A DNA stretch of 63,606 nt, counting the filler, from Octopus bimaculoides (Eukaryota), in NCBI RefSeq assembly GCF_001194135.2. It is 4 parts of 3 records of this genome, joined end to end, with 100 filler letters (N's around TTAATTAATTAA, not from the genome) between each part and the next. Parts side by side here need not be neighbours in the genome. Positions count along the whole stretch, not along the records: positions 1 to 28,329 come from NC_068985.1; 3 more parts are not named here. One strand, written 5' to 3'. Position 1 is the first letter of the stretch. Every line of letters begins with the position of its first letter. Below are positions 1 through 13,374 of this stretch, one piece after another. The notes below the pieces were generated by a model, which saw only the letters and a program-made list of their open reading frames with translations, was not told the origin of the DNA and searched no databases. Both the position numbers and the translations under genes were made by a program.

Positions 1-660
1 TATATATATACGTGTACATATAGGTACATGCATATAGTACGTATAGTGGATAGCACATTATCCTGGCCGTACAAATTTGATATATTTAAATGAGATACAC
101 ATAATCAGTGACAGTGCTCAACAACTTGACAAGGTATACGGTGCTATGTCATTATGTCTATGTAAATTAAGCAAGAAGGAATAATGACTCTGAAATGTAT
201 CAGACTAAGAAGATACGGAAAATTTACACGATACATGTAAAAATGTTTTGTGTGTGTGTATGTGTGTATGTGAGTATGTATGTGTTCTTGTGTGCGTGTG
301 TGTGTACGTGCGTGTGCGTGTACGTGCGTGTGTGTGTACGTGCGTGTGTGCGTGAGTGCGCGAGCACGCGAGCGTATATGTGTTTTTGTAGTATGGAATT
401 AAAGCGAGAGGAAAAACGTACTTATATTTTGTTTCCGATTCTCAACTTATTGTATATTAAACGTTATAATTCACATTACGCACAAAATATACAAACGCAT
501 ATTCACACATGCACACATATACACACACGCACATGCATATGTGTGTGTGTGTATGCATGTTTTTATGTATGTTGTTATATGGGAGTAAATATATGTGTAT
601 TTGTATGTGTTATAATATGTCTATATATAGAGAGACATTTATATACATACATACATACAC

Positions 661-710
<50 letters not shown>

Positions 711-939
711 TTATCTTCGAAACGTCGAGTTAGAATAGAGGCAGCTGATGAATAATTCCAAGTGGCTTTCTGTTTTCCTATGTGTTCGTTCCGTTCTCTG
801 TAGTTCATTGTTCTAACGTCCTGTACCCTGATATGCATCTATATACACATGTAGATGAAAGTATATACATATATGTGTGTATACATGCATATATATATAC
901 GTATGTCTATTTTGGGACATATTTCGTATGTCAATATTT

Positions 940-1470
940 AAGTGGCGAGCTTAATCGCTAGCACGCCGGTCGAATTGCTTAGCACTATTTCGTCCGTCTT
1001 TACATTCTAAGTTTAAATTCCGCCGCAGTCGACTTTACCTTTCATCCTTGGTGGGAGGAGGGCGATAAAATAAGTACCAATTGAACGTATGGGTCGATGT
1101 AATGGAGTTACCCACTCTCATAAAATTTCTGGCCTTGTGCAAAAATTGGAAACATTTCTAAGGCGGTGAGCTGGCTGAGTTATTAGTACGCCGGGTAAAA
1201 CGCTCAACAGTATTTCGTCTGTCTTTACATTCTGAGTTCAAAATCCGCTGTAGCTACATAAATTGACCCAATTACTTAAAAGAGATGAGCTGTCAGAATC
1301 GTTAGCACGTCGGACATGTTTATCATCATTTTCTTCATTTGTTCTGAGTTCAAATTCCACCGAAATTTACTTTGCCCTTCATTCTTCCGGACTCAATAAA
1401 ATATAGTATCGGTATAGTACTGGGTCAATGGAATCGAATATCTTCTCCCATCAAAATTACTTGGTTCGGC
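940..1470 (+). mobile_element. Cluster of three tandem tRNA-derived SINE copies (family A, octopus OK/OR-like), one near-complete and two partial
   Basis: Heads resembling GGCGGTGAGCTGGC...GTTAG (A-box-like) and GAGTTCAAAT (B-box-like) at about 940, 1160 and 1285. The body TTTGCCTTTCATCCTT..GGGTCGAT..AATAAGTACC is shared with more than 10 other copies in the window. The family name is from recall, not a search. Confidence 0.8.
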
Positions 1471-1476
1471 AAAAGG

Positions 1477-1519
<43 letters not shown>

Positions 1520-1522
1520 GCA

Positions 1523-1553
<31 letters not shown>

Positions 1554-2433
1554 GTATACATATATATATGTATATATATATATGCATGTATATATATGCA
1601 TAAATATATGTGTTTGTGTGTGCGTGCATATTTAAATAACACAAGTATCTAGTTCTCGTTTAAGATAATGAACGAAGAAAACTGGAAAATCTAGAAGTGA
1701 TTCCTTCGCCTTTTATTTATATTGTTTGTCCTGTTTTTCTTGTTTCCTTCACATCATTCACTAAATTACTCAGGTCATAATTTTCTTTTTATCTCAAATT
1801 ATGTTTATATTTATTATTTCTTAGACTCTTCGACTCTTCCTTTATTTACTACTTTTTTTATCTTTGTCTTCCTTTTTCGCGTCACTGTAATTTTTTTTTT
1901 CTTTCTTTTACTGTCACATTGCATTGCCAGAAATTGCAATGTATCGTTGTTACAACTCCCACAAGAAGAATTATTTAGACGTTTGTTTACCATATTCACC
2001 CAATTAATTAGTGAAACGACATGACTTTTACAAATACGATAAACAATAACGATTTAAAGCAAAAAATAATCTCAACAAAATTCAGGTAAGCAATCAACTG
2101 GAAAAGATGGCGGAAAACACTTTTGAGCTTGTCGCTGAGATTTTATTCGTTTTTGATTATGTTGAATTTTTTCATTGTTTCGTTTTTGTTGTTTTGTTTT
2201 TTCCAGTGTAGAACGGGTTCCATTGGTGCTCTATTTATTCTATTATTTCTTCTAAAAAGAACACAAATTAAAGTAAGCTTTTATCGAGTAAAGGTTAGTT
2301 TCGACGAAAACGCATATCATTCGAATATCAAGACATTAGTATTTCTTTTTAACACATGTACACACAAACACAATAAATGCGCGTGTATGTGTGTGTGTAT
2401 GTTTTTGTATTCATATACTATAATATGTATGTG

Positions 2434-2472
<39 letters not shown>

Positions 2473-2877
2473 NNNNNNNNNNNNNNNNNNNNNNNNNNNN
2501 NNNNNNNNNNNNNNNNNNNNNNNNNNNNNNNNNNNNNNNNNNNNNNNNNNNNNNNNNNNNNNNNNNNNNNNNNNNNNNNNNNNNNNNNNNNNNNNNNNNN
2601 NNNNNNNNNNNNNNNNNNNNNNNNNNNNNNNNNNNNNNNNNNNNNNNNNNNNNNNNNNNNNNNNNNNNNNNNNNNNNNNNNNNNNNNNNNNNNNNNNNNN
2701 NNNNNNNNNNNNNNNNNNNNNNNNNNNNNNNNNNNNNNNNNNNNNNNNNNNNNNNNNNNNNNNNNNNNNNNNNNNNNNNNNNNNNNNNNNNNNNNNNNNN
2801 NNNNNNNNNNNNNNNNNNNNNNNNNNNNNNNNNNNNNNNNNNNNNNNNNNNNNNNNNNNNNNNNNNNNNNNNNNNNA

Positions 2878-4205
2878 ACCAGCATGGCTTCCACTGAGGC
2901 AAGGACTGTCTATCACTGCTCTTACGCCACATCGATGATGTCCTTAAAGCTTTGGGATCAGGTTCGAACTCTCATGTCATATAATTCGACTTCAGTAAAG
3001 CATTCAACAGAGTCGACCACAATATCTTACTGTTAAAATTGTCAAATGTTGGAATCCGTGGAAAACTACTACACTGGATTGAATATTTCCTGGGAAACAG
3101 AACACAATTTGTTGTGATCGGTGGAATCTCCTCAAGCCCAGCAAAAGTCACCAGTGGTGTACCTCAGGAGAATGTCTTGAGCCCGCTTCTGTTTATAGTC
3201 TATATAAACAACCTTTCCAGCGTCATAAAACACAGGAAAGTGAAAATATTCGCTGATGACTCCAGCTCTAGAAAATTATCAATGAAGAAGACCGAACTGA
3301 ACTTCAGTCTGATCTAAATGATATAAGTTAATGGGCAGACAAAAGCAAAATGCAACTAAACGAGGGAAAAATTGAGTTGATGCATTTTGGAAGAAAGATT
3401 ATGCTAAAACGAACATACTCTCTTCCGTCAGGATCTCGCAGCATCTAATAATATCAGAGACCTAGGAATAATTGTTGATAACAATCTCAGTTGGCGTGCC
3501 TATATCAACAATAAGGTCGGTATGGCTCGTAGGATGAGCTTCTGGATCCTAAGAACCTTCTGATCCAGAGAATAAGGTGTTATCAGTCCACTTTTCTCTT
3601 CATTTGTAACACCACTGCTCGAATACTGCTGACCGCTGTGGTCTCCCCATACAAAACAAAACATTTCGAAAACTGAATCACCTCAGAAAGCATTCGCTAA
3701 AAGAATTAAGGGCATGACTGATCTCCATTATTAAGACCGCCTTAAAACATTGAAACTCTGCTCTTTCCAGCGCCGCCGTGAGCGATACATCATTTGCATT
3801 ATGTGGAGAATATACCACCAGCATTGCCTAAATGACCTCAACATTAGTTTCAGAATTCATCCAAGGCTAGAACATCCCCTGCCCAATTCAGGATCACAAC
3901 ACATAAATACAGTGCAAAATGTCTTTTCCTCAACAGGCCCTGCCCTATTTAACATTGCCCCGAAACAGATCAAAGAGGAAAAGGATTTTATCACCTTTAA
4001 ACGGAATCTGGACAGATTTCTTCAAGGTATATCAGATAAGCCAGCTATAACGGGACACAACTCGCTCAAGAAGAACTCCCTACTCGAATGGACCATGATA
4101 CCCACAAAACTTGACTTAAAAAGGATTTAGCTAATCCTGTCAGGTGGTGATATTAAGTTAGACGTCGCCTGGACCATCCTTTGGTCGAAGCATATCTAAG
4201 GTGAC
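2878..4205 (+). mobile_element. CR1/L2-type LINE, 3' portion (degenerate RT and C-terminus)
   Basis: Translated motifs QHGF, DFSKAFNRVDH, SGVPQENVLSPLLFIVYIN, KIFADD and LKLCSFQRRRERY, with several stops and frameshifts. The 5' end is lost in the N-gap and the element ends at a CTAAG-type tail before (TG)n(TA)n. Confidence 0.9.
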
Positions 4206-4207
4206 TA

Positions 4208-4277
<70 letters not shown>

Positions 4278-4415
4278 ATATTATATTTAAAATTCAAGTT
4301 TACATAGGAGACTTTAAAGTGTAGTATATAAACTTTGTTTTGAGTATGTCCCTAGTAGCGTGCCTTGAGAGCACGTTCACCACTTACGGTTACAAGGCGC
4401 TATCAATCATTTAAA

Positions 4416-4466
<51 letters not shown>

Positions 4467-4511
4467 TACTAATTATGTATGTTATACGTAATATATATAA
4501 TGTATGTATAT

Positions 4512-4545
<34 letters not shown>

Positions 4546-5384
4546 GTAAAGATACATACATATGTACAATCATATGCACATATGTGTAAGCATATATGTG
4601 TGTGTGTGTATGTATATATACACACATATATATATATATATGCACATACGTATATACAAAGATATATACATACTTAGATACATACAAACATACATATATA
4701 CGTACATACATACATACATACATACATACATACATACATACATACATACATACATTACTCAGTCCTTTTTGTGCAATTAATAGTTTACCGCCAATGGAAA
4801 AAGATGATAATAGCGTCATTGGCGTTATGATTTTAACTTCGTCTTCAGAAAGATAGCAGGCTAGACAGATAGATAGATTGATTGTTTGTAAAAGAAACAA
4901 AGACCATACATCATCGTTATTGGTATTATAATTCATCTTCATCATTATTATTTAGTTTGAGAGAAGTGAAAAAGCGAGGGAGATCCATTGATCGATGTAT
5001 CGCCGGAAAAGTAACATTTTGCTCTATTAAGCGATGTGTTTTTACATATTCTTGGTTCAAATTCCACTGGTACCACTCTACTTTTTTTCTCGTTTCCACT
5101 TCGATGGAATAAGTAACATTGTGGTTCTAATGCCAAGCTAAATCGGCTATGCCCTTTCTCTTTCCATTATGTATCCGTCTGATGATGTGAGATATTTTAC
5201 TAGATAGGAATACCCTCCCATGTTGGTGTGTTTCTTATTCAGCTTGAACTTGAGACCGTTGGCGATGTTCGAAAGGAGAGTATTTGAAAGAAGTGACGAA
5301 AATAAGTTGCGATGTGTGTGCGTGTGTGTGTGTGTGCATGTGTGTGGTGTGTGTGTACGTGCGTGTATGCGTGTGTGTATATGT

Positions 5385-5428
<44 letters not shown>

Positions 5429-5879
5429 TTAAACGTGTGAGAGTGCGAGACAATATGATTGTGTGTGTTAATGAGTTCGTGTGTCCCAGTGCATGTGCGT
5501 GTACGTGTGTAACTTTAAGAGTGTATGAGAGTGTATGAGAGTATATGAACGTGAGTGAATGTGTATGTACATATGAGTGGGTGAAGCAGTACAAGTGATC
5601 GTGAGTGTGTATGTGAGTGAATGAGGATGCGTGAGTGTATGGAAGTATTTTTGCATCTGTGAATGCATCTGAAAGTGTATGTAACTGTGTGGTGTGTATA
5701 TGTGACTAAGTATGTATTTGAGCGCGCTTGTGTGTGTGTGTGTAGTTTGTGCTTTAATTAACAGGACTGGAGAATGAAGGATGCAATGTCAGTGACCTTT
5801 GTAGGAACGTCAGACTATTGAGAACGATGCAGTTGGTGTTTAACGATGTAGTGTATGCAAGCAAGCATATGTGTGTGTT

Positions 5880-5970
<91 letters not shown>

Positions 5971-6054
5971 TACTTGGTGCCGATACAACGTAAGCCGTGA
6001 GTGATGAAAACCTTGCACGTACAGAGGCACGCAGCTTATATATACGCGCATATG

Positions 6055-6119
<65 letters not shown>

Positions 6120-6242
6120 GTGTGAAAGTATATGAGCGCTAGTGAGAGTGTATGTACATTTGAGTGGGTGAGACAGTACATGTGTTCGTGTGTGTGTGTG
6201 TGTGAGCGAATGGGTGTTTGTGAGCGTATGGATGTATTCTTG

Positions 6243-7791
6243 TAGCTGTGGCCACAAAAAAGCTGGATACCCACTAAAGCCCATCTAAACAGGAGTATTA
6301 CCACCTAAACAAACCCTGTGGATGAATAATATCCAGAAAAATAGAGAATAAATAAAAAGATCTCTCAATCCTTATTGAAACTAGTAGACAATCAACACTA
6401 CTAAGCAACAAGAAGAGAAAAAAAATACTACATAAATACAAAATTGCAGAACACGGCATACCTGAGGTAAAAGAACAGCTAAAGCAAGATATCTTCGCCA
6501 AAGCACAAAGGATCCGCCGGTATGAGAAACGCGAACGTTTCTTTGAACAAAACAAACAGTTCAACTCCAACCTCAATAGATTCTACCAAGAACTTGGAAA
6601 AAATAAAATAGAGATCAATGCAGTAGAAGAAGTGGGAAAATTTTGGAAAGAAATATTGTCGGCGAAGGAACAACCTCAGAAAAGATCTATCAAAACAACA
6701 AGCACAGCACATGAATAACTCTGGATCCCTTTAACAACTGAAGAGGTCACCCAGGTACTGCAAAAACTAAGCAGTTGGAATGCACCCGAGCACGACAAGA
6801 TCCCCAACTTCTGGTTAAAATACCGAACAGGAACATATAAAAAGCTGGCTGAGAAATTTAATGAAATACTAGCAGAGCCAGAGAAAATGCCTGAATGGCT
6901 CACGGAAGGGAAAACTATTCTAATTCCCAAATCCACTGAAACGGCAATCCCACAAAATTATAGACCGATAACTTGTCTCCTTATAATTTACAAAGTCTTT
7001 GCTGCAATAATATCGCAGAAAATGAGCAAGCATCCGGAAGAAAACAACCTGTTTCCAGAAGAGCAGAAGGGATGCTTCAAGGGTTCATACGGCTGTAAAG
7101 ATACCCTAAGTATGGATTGGATCAATTACCGAAAGGCTTTTGATAGTATGAATCCTAGAAACACTAGCCATGAACAAGGTAGCACCAATAATAATAAAAT
7201 ATATAAAAGATTCCATAAATAAATGACAGACAGTGCTACATCTCCAGACAAAAGAAGGACTTATAAAAACCAAAGTTATCCCCATTAGAAAAGAAATGCT
7301 CCAGGGAGACACGCTCTCTCTACTCCTTTTCTGCTTTGTACTGACACCTTTACCTGGCATGCTAAACAGAACTGGATGTGGATGCAACTATTACAGAAAA
7401 ACAGTTATATATGAATAATGTAAAACTGTAAGCTACAAATGATAAACAGCTGGAAACGTTACTACAGACAGTACATGGATTTACCAAAGAAATAAGCATG
7501 AAATTTGGCTTAGAAAAATGTACCAAAGCAACCTTAAAAAGAGGAAAACTAGTTAAGAGTAGCAACATCACACTAGATAAAGCAAATGAAATAAAGAATT
7601 AAACCAAATCCAGTCATAGAAATTGAAATACAAAAGATGTGGCATCTTAAAGCGAGAACTGTTCTTGTTATTGCAGGTGCTCTTAGTATGATTTTAAAAA
7701 AAGGGATGTCAGAAGCATCTAGGTAACATCCCAGGAGAACCATGTCTCAGAGAAATCCAAAGATTATTCTGACAAGTACTGCCAACCTCCC
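6243..7791 (+). mobile_element. R4/Dong-type non-LTR retrotransposon fragment with internal deletions
   Basis: EWLTEGKTILIPKS..NYRPITCL..YK, FPEEQKGC.KGSYGCKD, WINYRKAFDS and MKFGLEKC. At about 7620 the sequence jumps to the REL C-terminus EIEIQKMWHLK..VIAGAL. Frameshifted. Confidence 0.9.
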
Positions 7792-8069
7792 NNNNNNNNN
7801 NNNNNNNNNNNNNNNNNNNNNNNNNNNNNNNNNNNNNNNNNNNNNNNNNNNNNNNNNNNNNNNNNNNNNNNNNNNNNNNNNNNNNNNNNNNNNNNNNNNN
7901 NNNNNNNNNNNNNNNNNNNNNNNNNNNNNNNNNNNNNNNNNNNNNNNNNNNNNNNNNNNNNNNNNNNNNNNNNNNNNNNNNNNNNNNNNNNNNNNNNNNN
8001 NNNNNNNNNNNNNNNNNNNNNNNNNNNNNNNNNNNNNNNNNNNNNNNNNNNNNNNNNNNNNNNNNNNNN

Positions 8070-8275
8070 CACAGGTCAGCAGTGCCTGGACACTGACCGA
8101 GTATGTACCGAATAATTTCATCGCTCAGCGCACACCTCGGCCAAGCCCGTCTGACAGCACATATGTGCCTGTACAGTTTATCACGAACAGGAAGCGCCCT
8201 CAGTAGCACTGCCATGCTAAGGACATTTAGAAATTATCCATAGTGCTCCCTGACCAGAAAGCCCTCTGGAATAGA
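8070..8275 (-). mobile_element. L1/Tx1-like LINE C-terminal (Cys/His knuckle) fragment
   Basis: Minus-strand LRALPVRDKLYRH.CAVRRAWPRCALSDEII.YILGQCP matches the degenerate CX2C..H..C region downstream of L1/Tx1 RT. Confidence 0.6.
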
Positions 8276-8680
8276 CTTAGCAGCATTTCGTCCATCTTTA
8301 TGTTCTAAGTTCAAATTCCACCGAGGTCGACTTTGCCTTTCATCCTTTCGGGGTCGATTAAATAAGTACCAGTTACACACTGGGGTCGATGTAGTCGACT
8401 TAATCCCTTCCCCAACATTTCAGGCCTTGTGTTTCTAGTAGAAAGGATTATTATTATTATTATATTGATATCAAAGGCTGCGAACTAGCAGAATCATTAG
8501 CACACTGGACGAAATGTTGAGCGATATTTCGCCAGTTGCTACATTCTGAGTTCAAATTCCGCCGAGGTTGGCTTTGGTTTTCATCCCTTCGGGGTCGATT
8601 AAGCACCAATGAAACACTGGGGTCGATGTAATCGACTATCCCCCTCCCCTAAACTCCAGGCCTTATGGCTATTGACAGAA
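8273..8680 (+). mobile_element. Two tandem family-A SINE copies
   Basis: A headless copy at 8273-8460 ends in (TTA)n and is followed by a near-full copy at about 8475-8680. Both carry GAGTTCAAATTCC.CCGAGGT.G.CTTTG. Confidence 0.85.
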
Positions 8681-8699
8681 TTAATAGTCAAGACTATTT

Positions 8700-8948
8700 A
8701 AGCATTTTATCTGATCAAATTCATTCTATGGTTGCGGAACTGTTTCCGGAGGGAAACGCAATCTTTCATGATGATAATGCACTAATTCACACAGCTAAAG
8801 TTGTTACTGAATAGCACGAGGAACATTCTAGTGAAGTTGAACATCTTATCTGGCCACCACAGTCCCAGATCTCAATATTATTGAACATTTATGGTGCATT
8901 TTAGAAAAACAAGTAAGGAGTCGATATTCTCCACCATCATCACTACAA
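8700..8948 (+). mobile_element. Tc1-type transposase fragment (catalytic D...E region)
   Basis: IFHDDNALIHTAKVVTE*HEE...LIWPPQS(P)DLNIIEHLW, with one stop and a 1-nt frameshift at about 8866. Confidence 0.85.
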
Positions 8949-9090
8949 AATTGTTGTTACCGCTGTTGCAGTTGTCTTTGTTGATCGTATTATTGATACT
9001 GTTACAGTTGTCTGTGAAGTTACTGTATGTGTGTCTGTATGTATATATGGGTTTGCTTCCTATGTTGTTTGTATCCGTATCCTTTATACA

Positions 9091-9135
<45 letters not shown>

Positions 9136-9194
9136 TGGAAGCAATCATATATAGTAGTAATTATTATTATTCATATTATGATATATTGGTGTGT

Positions 9195-9375
9195 TGGAAA
9201 TAGTGCTTAGCAGCGTTTCCTCTGGCGTTTTATGTTCTGCGTTCAATTTCAGCCGAGGTGAACTTCGTCTTTCATCCTTTCGGAGTCGCTACTGAGAAGT
9301 GCAGAGGTCGCAGTAATTGACAGAAACCATTGGCTTAGAATTATCGACTTTGTGCCAACATTTGAAAAAATATTA
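9195..9375 (+). mobile_element. Degenerate family-A SINE
   Basis: GTGCTTAGCAGCGTTTCC...GCGTTCAATTTCAGCCGAGGTGAACTTCGTCTTTCATCCTTTCGGAGTCG. Confidence 0.7.
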
Positions 9376-9395
9376 TTATGTTATATTAGGCATGG

Positions 9396-9437
<42 letters not shown>

Positions 9438-10251
9438 GCGTGCGTGTGTGTGTTGATTGCAGCATCTTCATAGACAATTGCCATGTCTTTGCACTTCCTC
9501 GTTGTCAATAGTATTTCTGACTGTAATTGTTACTGGTTTCGATCGGGTCACTTTGTGAGATCTGGTACTTGTCTCCCTGTCACGGGAACACAGAACAAGG
9601 ATGTAGGATAAAAAGTTCTGCTGTCTGTGAGCAGATACACATCTATATGCTCCCTACTAGTTAGGTAATGCAAACGTCACCACTCTTCTAGCTATGTAGA
9701 ACTTACACAAGATCGAATGACAAATGAGGTCACCATAGAGGAACATCTATACGTCACTGGATTATAGTGATGAATGCTTGTACAAGTGTACCACTCTGAG
9801 TCTCCTTGATTAGTCGTGAGTGGCAGGCCGAAGCGAGATGATGACTCTGTAATTACACGGGAATGCAGATTTTACTTCAGAGGATCGTGTACAGTTCATG
9901 TAATCTATTAAAATCTCACCTGTTCATCACAGCCTCACCTTTTCATTCTCTCATTTTTTCAATTTTCTCAATTTTCACTTTTCAATATTCGTTTTCTTTT
10001 CTCCGTCGCTCATTGCTAATTTCTCAATTGTTATTTTCTTCTGCCTGTCCATTCTCCCTGTTATGAATAGGAGGTATACCTATACTAACTTCTTAGTTTC
10101 TCTTAGTTTAGCATCCCCTGTTTCATTCCGACACTACACTTCACTCTCCCCTTTCACCTTCCCAACCTCTCCTACTAACGGCATTGTCCTGTTGTCCTCT
10201 GTACTTTACTTCAGAGGATCCCTGTCCTAGAAGGATGCTGTGACTATAGAA

Positions 10252-10287
<36 letters not shown>

Positions 10288-10866
10288 GTATGTATGTATG
10301 TATGTATGTATGTATGTATGCATGCATGTATGTATTATTTATCTATGTACATGTGTACACACACGTGCGTGAGCATGTGTATGAATATGTGTGTATGGTT
10401 TTATGAAAAGCTATTAATCTGAAATGTATATTGTTGTGTCCATCTTCGTTGTAGTGGAAGTGATATATAAACATGTATGATACCACAACTTACTATAAAT
10501 CACTCGTGCCAACTATTATTTACAAGTATTAATAAATCAGTCTTTTTTTTAGGACAAACTCATCACTGAGGTGACAGCCGATGGTTACTATGATCATTAC
10601 TATGATCATATACTACGTCATAGATAGAACAGAAATGTTTCCACATTTTCTCAAAAATGTATGTAGGTAGACAAACACAATACCCAAAGTTAAAATTCCC
10701 GTCCTTTGCCTTTCAATCCTTTTGCAATGTTAGTCAAACAAATGCCTTTTATACAGTCAAGTGAATGAAGCAGTGTATAATCGGGCTTTCAATATGCTGA
10801 TGATAACAGCTAAGCCATACTGAAATTTCACACAACCGTCTTCACACACACACACACGCACACACA

Positions 10867-10913
<47 letters not shown>

Positions 10914-11316
10914 CTTTATATATATTTAAAGAGGATTGATTGCATTGGACAATGAAGACGCCCACATAAAAAAAAGACAGGATGTTTGTGGGCGGAACGC
11001 TTCTAAAGGCAGGTTTTATCGATCAGAAATAATATGAGGTCAAAAGACTTACTTTGTCATTATTCTATAACGAAGTGGAAAAATGAGCTTAAAGTAAAAA
11101 CTTCCGCCTGGGTCGATTTTGTCTTTCAAAATTTTGGAGTCGATGAAATAATTACCAGCCGAACATTGGAGTAAATAATCGATTAGTGAGACTCACCAAC
11201 ATTTCAGAACTTGTGCTTATAGTAGAAAGAGTTATTATGTAAACTCCCACACTTTTTGTCTGTCTTTGTATTGTCCCCTTCATCCTTCGTCCTTGTGGCA
11301 AATAAATGAAATCCTT

Positions 11317-11332
11317 CTTCTTCTTCTTCTTC

Positions 11333-11369
<37 letters not shown>

Positions 11370-11465
11370 CATCATCATCATCATCATCATCATCATTATC
11401 ATCATCATCATCATCATCATCATCATTATTACTATTATTATTAACACATACATGCACACACACGT

Positions 11466-11520
<55 letters not shown>
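11317..11520. repeat. Compound microsatellite (TTC)n-(TTA)n-(TCA)n followed by (ATAG)n
   Basis: Direct reading of the sequence. Confidence 0.95.
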
Positions 11521-11570
11521 CGAGTGAGTGGACTGACAAAAGAAGGGCACTCAACAAATTTATTGGGAGT

Positions 11571-11837
<267 letters not shown>

Positions 11838-11875
11838 GCTTGCCTGCCTGTGTGCGTATGTGATCCATCAGCATG

Positions 11876-12660
11876 TGATAAACATTGATTGTGTTCACCT
11901 AGTGTTGGACGAAAGGCAACTGACTATAAATCAAATAGTCAATGCAATTAGCATACTCCGTGAGAGATTTGAGAATATTCTGCACAATGAACTCGGCATG
12001 ATGGTTTCTTTCTGCTTGGTGGGGGCCGCGTCTTCTGACACCTAATCAAAAGCGCACCAGGTTTTCTTGAAAGTTTCCTAACCCTAGAGGAGTGTTGGCT
12101 TCATCACTTTGAACCAGAGATAAAATGACAGCTAAGGCTGTTTCATCTGCAAGGTGATGGCTTCAGTTTTTTGGGATGCAAAACGCCTTGTATTTATTGA
12201 CAATGTGCAAAAGGGCCACACCGTCAATAGAGAGTACTATGCCAAGTTACTGAGGTAGTGATGAAAGGTTATCAAAACCAAACGCTCAGGAAAACTGATG
12301 AAAAGGAGTCTTCTTTCATTGGGACAATTCTACAGCAGACAGGTCCTTACTTTCAATAGCTGTTGTGCGTGTCTGTAGTTTTGAACTGGTTGATCAGCCT
12401 CCCTTTTTGGTCCCATCTAATTATCTCCAACATGAAAAAGAAAAACACTTGGCTGGAACCAGTATCACAGTAATAATGACGTCATATCTTCTGTTTAGGC
12501 CAATAGAATGAAAGCTTCTTCCCAATGGGATCCAAGCACTATAACACCGATGGAAGAAGTATGTGAACTGCAAGGGGAACTCTGTTGAAAAATAAACCTC
12601 ATTTGGTTACATTCCGTGGGAATATCTTAGGCAGCCTATGAACTTTTTAGCCGACCCTCG
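11876..12660 (+). mobile_element. Mariner (D,D34D-type) transposon, 3' two-thirds with right TIR
   Basis: NIDCVH..LDERQLTINQIVNAI, WLHHFEPE, KVMASVFWDA, DN..A and AP(S)D remnants. Ends in the TIR GCAGCCTATGAACTTTTTAGCCGACCCTCG (12631-12660). Many frameshifts. Confidence 0.9.
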
Positions 12661-13374
12661 GAAATAAGCCACTACTGTCTGGTATCATTTTGAAATGTTG
12701 AGTGTGTGAAATCTGTGCAAGGAAGTGAAATAGATGTATTCGGTCACTGCCCGTCAACATGTCATTGCTTTATATTAGACTAATTACGTTTTACTGACAA
12801 TAATGACGTCATCAAAGATTAGAGAAATAATCCACAGTTAATGAAACAAGCTATTACAATCCAAACAATCACCTGGTGAATGTCCTATTACTAATTTGTA
12901 TTACGTTTTAGAATGTTACAAGCGACCAAAACCTATAATCTGTTTTAACACTGTAATTACTGAGACAATTAAATACATTTCGATAAATTTTGTGTGTAAT
13001 GAAACAGGATTTCCAGTTAATGATATCAACTATATTTAAAATAAATCTAACCTGTAAATGTTTTTCAATAATTTTATTTCGATATTGTTTGCTTGTTTAA
13101 TATTTCTAATAGCAAATATATTCGTTTTAGCTGATAGTTTTAGCGACTAGTGAGGATGCTCGCTCTAAGTGAACAACGAAGTAACCTCAAAATAGTCATG
13201 TCACTGAGGTGCTAGAAATAACAATAAAATTGCATTCAAATTACGGGAAACTAATAAGAGGAAGAGGGCTGCAAAACACATTCATATACCGTACAAGAAA
13301 TAGCAACCAAATATCACTCAAACCATCCGTTATTGTATACAAAATGGAAGGACATATTAGTCGGTGGATGATTT

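Noticed and set aside
195-755. Long ORFs rich in CV/YI/HT repeats here and throughout the track, and ORFs running through X
   Set aside because: They are translations of dinucleotide microsatellites and N-gaps, with no coding evidence.
12800-12812. Perfect CRE TGACGTCA (and TGACGTAA at about 20262)
   Set aside because: An 8-mer alone is expected by chance, and one such site also occurs inside the mariner at about 12478.
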